Positions 56,378 through 64,000 of a stretch of DNA of 64,000 nt are shown here, piece by piece. A program made the translations under genes and the position numbers. The stretch spans positions 18,943,439 through 19,007,438 of the forward strand of contig CM119267.1 of assembly GCA_051294375.1 (NCBI GenBank), given 5' to 3'. Below the pieces are notes generated by a model that saw only the letters and a list, made by a program, of their open reading frames with translations, did not search any database and had not been told where the DNA came from. This stretch comes from Paraspadella gotoi. Taxonomy: Eukaryota > Animalia > Chaetognatha. Each line of letters starts with the position of its first letter. Within the stretch, counting starts at the first letter, position 1.

Positions 56378-56537
56378 GGTAGAAAAACAGAAGTTTCTTT
56401 GTAAACAAAGTAAGACTTTTTTAATAAAAAAAAAAACAATCGAAGTTCGCTAAAAAACAATTGTCGAAACGGATGTTCTTTTTTTTATTAAATGAAAAAA
56501 TCATTGTTTGTTAACAAGAAACTTTGTTTTTTATCTC
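56378..56537. repeat. ~160 bp imperfect hairpin (MITE-like)
   Basis: gaaaaacagaagtttctttgtaaacaaa pairs with gtttgttaacaagaaactttgttttttatc; inner taataaaaaaaa pairs with tttttttatta. Confidence 0.6.
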
Positions 56538-56649
56538 TAAAACTTAATCCAACATCTGCCCCAAAAAAAGCCTATTAAAATGACTTTGAACATTCTTGAA
56601 CATTTATTCGGGGTAGTACTAGGTCAGTACAAACACACTGCCACACAGG

Positions 56650-57810
56650 TAAATCCTCGCGCCAAGTTTAACCCTCACATCAAAGTTTTTTTTATATTAA
56701 TGGGAATTAGTAAAAAATAATCGTTCATTTACCCCACTTTGAATTTTATAATTTTCCACGACGCTTTTAAATGTGACATACAAACACAATAATGGCACAT
56801 CATTGCCGCGGCCCCGGCAGAGAGCTCCACACGTTTTTTCAATATAGTTGAAACCAGTTACCTTCTTCAGTTGTTATACTGTATCTTCTGCTTAGGTGTA
56901 AGAAAAATGAAACAGAATTTTCCCTTGGGCACAAAAAGTTTTAAAAAATAAACAAAAAAATTAAGCAAGAACGAAGTTTCTATGATTATCTGTAGGGGAT
57001 TATATGTTTTTTTGATATTATCTTTTGGAGTGTAGCTTACATACTAATGGTGGTAATTTGCAAAAGATTTGGTCTTCTCTTTTACATGCAGAAAAAGTCT
57101 AATTCGCTTGATAGCCATATACCTCCAATGATATGTCCTTGTTTAACCAGTAAGGATATATTTATGTTTTATTTATCACCGCAAATTGATTCCACTGTTG
57201 CAACAATGTGCCATGGAGCGCACAGTTTAAATTTATTAAATTGGTTACAAAGAAATAGCATCTTAAAAGTTGATATTCACATTTACATTCTTCAAGCTTT
57301 ATCCTCAAATGATTTAACAGTTACGCCAAACGGGATTTTTTAGTTTGTTAAACAAACGAGGAAATTACGTGGGATAAATGACGAATTTAATTACGAAATT
57401 TTAGCTCGCCTTATTTTCGTAATGGCCACCCTTATTCTCACTTGGCCCCTTTAAATCGAAACTTTAAACTGAATTAACGACAGGGTTTATTTTTTGAATT
57501 ATTCTTTCCCCAGCTGCATTGCATATAATCCGACTCTATTGTTAAAACGTTACTCGGCTCAAGAATGTTTTCGTTGGTATCAACTTTCTGGACAAATGCT
57601 AATTAAATACAATTTTTGTCTCAGATCAAAACAAGTTTCAGGTTCTATATTCGCCTTATGTGTTCCGTAACAATAGCCATGGCAAATTCAGCGGGCCTTG
57701 TCCCGTTCTGTACGAAGTCCTGGACTGGGTCCTTTGTGGATGGGGATCTCCATTTTTGTACGGCGCTTGCTTCCACAATCCGTTGGCCTTTACGTCGGAG
57801 TCTATGAGAA
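56650..57810 (+). CDS. Possible rhodopsin-like GPCR TM5-TM7 exons, heavily frameshifted
   Basis: After acceptor gtttcag (~57641) the sequence reads GSIFALCV/VTIAMANSA/..PVLY, resembling TM7 A-x-x-N-S-x-x-N-P-x-L-Y. Upstream hydrophobic stretches are IIFWSVAYILMVVIC (TM6-like, ~57015-57060) and FFILMGI...IIFHDAFK (TM5-like). Confidence 0.28.
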
Positions 57811-58699
57811 TATTTAATTATTAAATTTACGATTAGAATCGGTGTTGTTGAAATGTTCAACCCAATAAAGGGTCTTTCAGGCAAAGGATCCCTAGGGGAC
57901 CCTAAACCCTCCTACTGCATGGTATCCGAGCTGCGGGTCCTTGTAAGTTTAATTCTATTTAGATAGTTTTCCTTGACAAAAAACCATACCCCCTCATTCC
58001 TTAAATTTTAAAAAAAATATCGAATCGTCTGAAACGGGGTATATGGTTTGTAAGAGAGACGGATAATGCTTGGGAATGATTTGGACTTGTTTGGTCTCGT
58101 GGACACATTGTTAGGTGGAGGGAATAATTTCATTAAAATCTATTACTCGGGGGCGATGAAAATAAAAAAATTGGATAATGATATAGGATGGGAACTAAAC
58201 GCTTGAACAATTTTTGTGTGCAAAAAATCATCTCGGATTGTTCCTTTTTTTAATTTTAATGGTCACAGATATTAGGTACGCTAGAAATTATTTCTTTTAA
58301 TCAATGGGGTCCCCGTGTCCACGTTCGCGAGTGAGAACCTAAATTATATTCCACTTTGGTTGAGGAGAATTTAAAACATTTTTGCTCTAGTGACTTGGAT
58401 GAGGCTATTATTTATTAAAATTTCATTGATTGGGGGTTTAATTGGTTATCTTTTTATGTTAAAGAATAGATTTACTAATTTTAAAGGATCATACGCATTT
58501 TCCATCTTGAGAGTAAAGGAAAACTGTTATCTTTGCATATTAAAAAAACAATTGTGGTATTAAAATCACTGCATATTATATATTTAAAATGTATTAGAAA
58601 TTGAGAATACGCGACATATGAAACATAATGTGGGAAATTATCTAACGATAATAGAATTTAATTATTGCGACGACAGTCAAAAAAATGCTAAAACTATAT

Positions 58700-60360
58700 G
58701 GCAGATTCTTTTCGAATTGGAGCGAATGGTACATAAGGAAAACTTGTGATGGACAAATGTAAAAAAATAAATAAATAAGTGGGGATCAACGTGTGTCGCG
58801 CAAAAATGACTGATGTTTATGAGGAATTTAGGGATACGAAGACACATTGGGAAAGTTATGAGTTTGGAGCACCATTAATATAGACCATTGTACATGTTGC
58901 TTTGTTATGGATTTCTTATAGATAGTGGTAAAGGTTTTCTTTAACTATAACAAGTGTTAACAATCGTTAGGAATGGTCTTGTTTGTTGAATTTACATTTA
59001 TCTTGGAGTAAACAAAAAAAATTGCTTAAAATAATAAAAGAAAAACATAAAACAAAATAATAAACAAAACGAATCCAGTAGTTCCAAACTAATGATATAT
59101 TATAAATTAATCTTTTATTAGATGAATTCTAAAGTATAGTAAATAATGTTTTTGGGCTCACTCAGAGTTATTAGCGGACTGCTTAGTATTGGATTTTTTA
59201 AAATGAGCTGTTTTTCTAGTCACGGTCATTTCTTTATGGTAGAGACAACGAATGCGAAAAAAAAAGATAAAAAAAATTCCTAACCAGGTGCCATTTGAGA
59301 TGGCGCATTTAGTTTAAAAATTCTATACTGTTATAACTGGTAAGGGCTATGTATATAAGTGGTACCTACATAAGAATAATCTTATGAGATGAAGGAGTCC
59401 TGTTGTTCCTCGCCATGGATTGTATATTTCGTGGATATTTATAGATCCTTAACTATTTGAAGAAAATTTAAGCGGAGGGTCGTACATTGACTTTTTTTAA
59501 TCCTCCAATGAATTGAATAAGTATCGAGAGAAAATTTGTGCAATTTCAATTTTGTAAAATGATAATCGCCGATAGAACGGAAAAACAATTTATCAATTCC
59601 TTAAAAACTACTATTTATTGGTGGCTTTATTTTTCCTGGGAGGGGGTCTACCCGGGGACGGTAGCGTGAACAAGCGAATTTATAATTTATTGTAGAAAAA
59701 CATTTTTTCGGGACCAGAAAACCTTTTTATTCTGAAAACAAACGAAGGCCAAAAGAGTAAATTTCTGCAGAGGACGTATTTAGAAATTTTTTGTGCCTTT
59801 GGCAAATATACATGGTGGTCCATTTTGAAACCGCAGCTAGAAAAAACGAAAAGAAAAACGAAATAGAATGATTATACATTTTAAAAAAAGAATAGTTAAA
59901 AAAATTAGATATTATTTATAATATAGGTTAAGTAAGGAATATTATCTTTAATATTATATCGATTATTACTAAATAAATTTTACAGGGACTTTTCTTGCGA
60001 ACCCATAGTTAGCAGAAATTAGTGGAGATTTTGATTGCTTAACCAGAGCTGTGGATATGTGTTAAGTGGGATTAAAAACTATTAATCCGTAAGCTTCTAT
60101 AACCCCCTCAGCAGCCATGGACGAATACTGGGTTTGGAAACTAGGCTTGTGGGTTTTCTACGCCCCGCAGATAATGGCTTTACTAAGCGCCGCAAGGAGG
60201 TACCGGGGTTGGGTATTGGAAGCCAGTACTTCAAGTTATCCATATAACTCGAATTGAGCCCTGGGTCACGATTGAAAGGTGTCATGCTTATGGAACGCGG
60301 GGTGACGACATTATGCAATGCCCGAATACAGAGCCCGATCAAATTCCCCGGGTAATGAAT
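58700..60360 (+). CDS. Putative ADAMTS-like/papilin-type (TSP1 + Cys-rich + spacer + TSP1) gene fragments
   Basis: Motifs occur in the canonical order: FSNWSEW..KTCDG (58710-58755, TSP1); EEFRD....WESY....DHCT.LC (58820-58905, Cys-rich); KNYYL.GG.FIFPGR..YPGT...KR...FSGPENLFI (59605-59735, ADAMTS spacer YYLNG..PG..GT..GP); GDF.C.QSCGY(G) (60023-60060) and WKLGLW (60134), both TSP1-like. Confidence 0.48.
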
Positions 60361-60759
60361 TTTCATATTCGTCCGATTGAAAAGACTCAAATTTTCTACT
60401 TATGCTGTTTGCCGGCCTCATTTACGTGACTCAAAAATAAGAAAATCAATTATCGAGAAATTTTTAACAGTAGAGAATTTATGTCTTATCTTTATGTATC
60501 ATATTTTTTCAAAATGTTAAAATCTTTTACGCGCTTTTTTGTATGGTGAATTTTTATTAAACGGTCTGGTTATTCAATGGTCACGTAATGTCGAACAAAA
60601 TTTGTCGGAGTTAAGAAATAGACATGAAGAAAGGTCCGACCAATGTAAAAACTATGGTAAAATTATATATAGTTTAAAAAGAAAATCAGATTAGAATCGA
60701 GATTTGAACTAAAGAACTCGTAGATAGGAAAAAAAAAACAATAACACTGGAAGTATTCA

Positions 60760-63510
60760 ATAATTGCTTTCTTTTTTGTGCCGGTGGCGCCGCCCCCGTC
60801 GCCGGAACCGCAGCGCCTCTTGAGAACGGGCGTGCATATTAATTTTTGGTAAGTTTGTTGGGTTCGAGACACTGTGAGTTATTCGCGAGCTGTCGTCAGA
60901 AATAAGAGGTAATTAACGTTTCGCCGCAATATAAACGAACAAACCGTGATCATCACTTCTTACGTTCCGACGGGGGCGTCCTTTTTATTTGCGAAAGGAA
61001 TTGTTGGTAGTTTTCGTCATTTGTTCACGCAGGCTCGGAGTTGGCGGAAGTCAGCTCCTGAGGAAAAACAAAAGGCAATCTCTCTTTATGAAAAATTGGC
61101 AAGATTACTTGTGTTCACTTAAATTCTTAATTATTGCCTGAAGACCAATAAAAAAAACGTTTTCCTGCCAATATATCAATCCTGCTTGCGGCAAAATTCC
61201 GTGGATTACCAATCAGAGTGGATATTGCCAGTCCTGCTTGTCATATTTTCCCAAAAATTCGCATTTTTTTTAAACCTAAATCCTGCAAATCTGACTCCTC
61301 ATAGTTCCCTGTCAAAGATCAAAAATCACCTCTTTATTTAAGCCATTTAATAAATTTTTTACCTGGCTTTTTGAGTTTGTAAACATTTGCTGTTTTTGTT
61401 TTAATGTGTTTGCTGCTGCATTTGTTGCAGTTGTTTGGCTGCTGAATTTTGTTGCTGGCTGGCGCCGTAAGCATATTCGCAGGGGCACCATCGGGCTTTG
61501 AATAAAAAATGTAAATTAAAGCTTAAATTTGTTTATAAAAAGAAAAGCCAAAAGAACATGTTAATTTACCTTGTATACTGTATAGTAAATTGGTAATAAT
61601 ATAAATAATAATAAATTAATAATATTATGATACTGTTGATAATAATATAAACGATCGCTTACCGGGACAATGAAGGAAAACGTTGAGCGGCATCTTGGCT
61701 CATCTCGTTCTTCTCAACAGATTTTGCCAAACCGTCGCCTTCGTGGCTTAAGATCGCCATCTCCTTGTTGACGTAATCTGGGGAGGAGGGTAGGCGAGTC
61801 GTGAAAAAGTGTGTTTTTTTTTTGGTAATGTTGTGACACGCGGTTTTTGTGACACGAGTTATCGATAGAGTCGGCGGCGTCGAAGGGATGAAGAACAGTT
61901 ACGAAAAAAAAAATGGCGGAGAAATTTTTTCACTTTCTGGAAATGGTAATATATATGACGATTTTATTCGAATACAACAAGGTGTGATTCAGTACAATCT
62001 ATCCATCAAACATAAGAACATACGACTAAGTCTGAGCAAACGAAAACATAAATAAATAGAGAAAAGAAAAAAACCAGTTAATTAAATAAAATTAATTAAT
62101 TAAAGGTAAACATTAAAAATTGTTCTTTGTTGTTAAAAAACGGAACAAAGTTTGCTTGAAGAAACCGTATTTTCATTTTGTATAAATCTTTGAGGAAAGG
62201 TTTTCTTACGATTATTAAAAATTGTAGATAGGTCGTGGTATATAAAGGGAAGTAATAAAAAAATATTACTGGAAAGAAAAGAAACGTAGGGACATACTGG
62301 GTGCCCTAAAATGAACTTAGATTTATAATATTTTAAAATAATCGATTGGAATAATTCAATGAACAACCTGCAATAAATAAAATTACCAACCTCTGACATC
62401 CGCTTCTTTCTCCTCCCAGTTCTCGCTCCAAGAATTTGACTTTCTCCGTGACTTGTCTGGTTGTCAAGGATTCGATGTTTCCGCCGCCTGAACGAGAGAG
62501 GGCGGGATTGTGAAAGAAAAAGCGGTGAAAGGTCCCGGGTGAGAATTCACCGCTCTTCCTGTCTAAATAAAAGGGGAAAACAACACAGAAGAATCGAAAC
62601 GCTTTTTTTTTCACTCATTAATCTTTTTTTCTCCTCTTGGTCTTCCCGGGGTTGGGTTCTAGTTAGCGAGAAGGGAAGTACAAAAACATATATACTACGA
62701 GAGTACGACGCAGGCAGCAAGAGACAGGAAACGAAGCTTATAAAGAAATTTGGGGGGAATTGGGCTCACCATGAGAGCGCGACAAATATGTGGTAGCTTA
62801 TTGTTTTTAAAAGGACAGGTAGTAGTATATGGTCGCTATCGAGGAAGAGTGTTTTTTTGCTTAAACCTACGCGAGTTTTTCGTTACTGTGAAGAAAAAAA
62901 AAAATGGAAGATCGTGAATGAGGGTGTAGACTGTAAAAATATATGGAATGATAATGTATAGAAATAAAGGGATAAGACAAATACGTTAACATTCATTATA
63001 TAAAATTATATATGAAATTCCTGCTCATAGGCGTCTTACAGGTCATCGCACAACAAAGGCTTTCTCTCAGTTTGGTTAATAACTCTGCAATTAAAGACTA
63101 AGTTTCTTCGCTGAACCCAAAAATGCTAAAAACTTATTCTAACGTTAGAGAGAACGTCTTATATTAAAATATATTTATTGGATACTCCCCCACTATCATT
63201 CCTGTCTTTCACAACTTACTTTTCTGCACTCCTTAGAAGAACTTAACCAGTCGGCCCCTTCCTTTCCCCGCCGTTCTATGCCCCAGGCTATCTTGCTTGA
63301 AGGTCTCTCCATTCGGCCGGTTCTGGTGCGGTCTTCGACTCTTGGGAGCCCTCGTAGTATTTCTGCAATCGTGGTCCTGATGCGCTCTTTCTGCTTCCGG
63401 CCGCCCAGAGCGCCGTCCAGCCGCGGTGAATCTCGTTTCTGCAGCGCCGCTCGATGCGGAATCGGGGTGAAGGGGAGTGGCGGTAGGTTTGTACGTCCAC
63501 AGTTGGAACA
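60760..63510 (-). CDS. Multi-exon gene, probable bHLH-leucine zipper transcription factor with a Gln-rich region
   Basis: Exon-like blocks with AG/GT ends at ~63248-63510, 62391-62558, 61663-61777, 61363-61495, 60964-61057 and ~60760-60889. The first reads RIERRCRNEIHRGxxAL...RLQKYYExxQExK (bHLH E-R-R-x-R motif). The second reads IESLTTRQVTEKVKFLERELG (coiled coil) and the fourth SQQQNSAAKQLQQMQQQ. Confidence 0.5.
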
Positions 63511-64000
63511 TTAAAATAGTTGTAATATAGGGTCGCGCTGTTGCCTAAACGATTCGTAGTCGTACCCCATTCAATACCAGTTTAAGGAAGAAAAGCTGTG
63601 AGGACAAAATATTTATAGTCCGTCATTAATGAGCCGTGTATGACATTTCTAACACTATTTTAATTCTTCTAAATTTCTTAAACGATTATATGCATTAATA
63701 TAATGTAGATATGAATGTCATAGTTACCAATTATTACGATACTTGTTATAATTTAGTACGGGTGAAGTCAGGGGATCTGCCATGCTTCCTCTCATACAAA
63801 TTGGGCAATCCACCGAAGTGTCGCGCTGTTTATATGCATATTTACATGGACATTAGGGTCATGGTGTAGTGTGACGCTACTGGAACAGATGACCTATATG
63901 CGCCGTTAAGGAGATAGGTAGGAGACACTCAATTAGGATTGAGGTTTGTTTTGTTTTTTTCTTGTTCCTTATACATTAAGATAATCACCTAGGGCAAGAA

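Noticed and set aside
57190-57240. CHGAHSLNL resembling the hAT transposase C-x-x-H-x-L-N-L motif
   Set aside because: No DDE residues, BED finger, dimerisation domain or TIR/TSD were found nearby. The flanking motifs fit a GPCR slightly better.

Overview
This window is AT-rich eukaryotic DNA, most likely from an invertebrate animal, and it comes from a poorly polished long-read or gap-filled assembly. There are five 25-N gaps and one 10-N gap, heavy indel noise and many (GA/TC)n microsatellites. Almost every ORF in the supplied track is a low-complexity artefact. Large parts are present twice or more: 1-11050 matches 18352-25170, and 34490-36570 matches 36786-37125 plus 45122-46110. Comparing the two copies of the first block exposes a ~3.55 kb foldback element with ~1.4 kb inverted arms that is present in one copy and absent from the other. 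Related or similar palindromic elements lie at ~40 kb, ~42.5 kb and ~56.4 kb. Frameshifted, intron-split gene remnants can be read tentatively: an Ig-domain exon, an HMG-box gene, a rhodopsin-like GPCR, an ADAMTS-like/TSP1 gene and a bHLH-ZIP factor. The most unusual non-coding structure is a 23-bp-period array of AGATAAGTCAG cores with variable spacers. I found no rRNA, intact tRNA, CRISPR array, intact transposase or prokaryote-type system. All protein calls are by-eye motif recognition across frameshifts, not database results.
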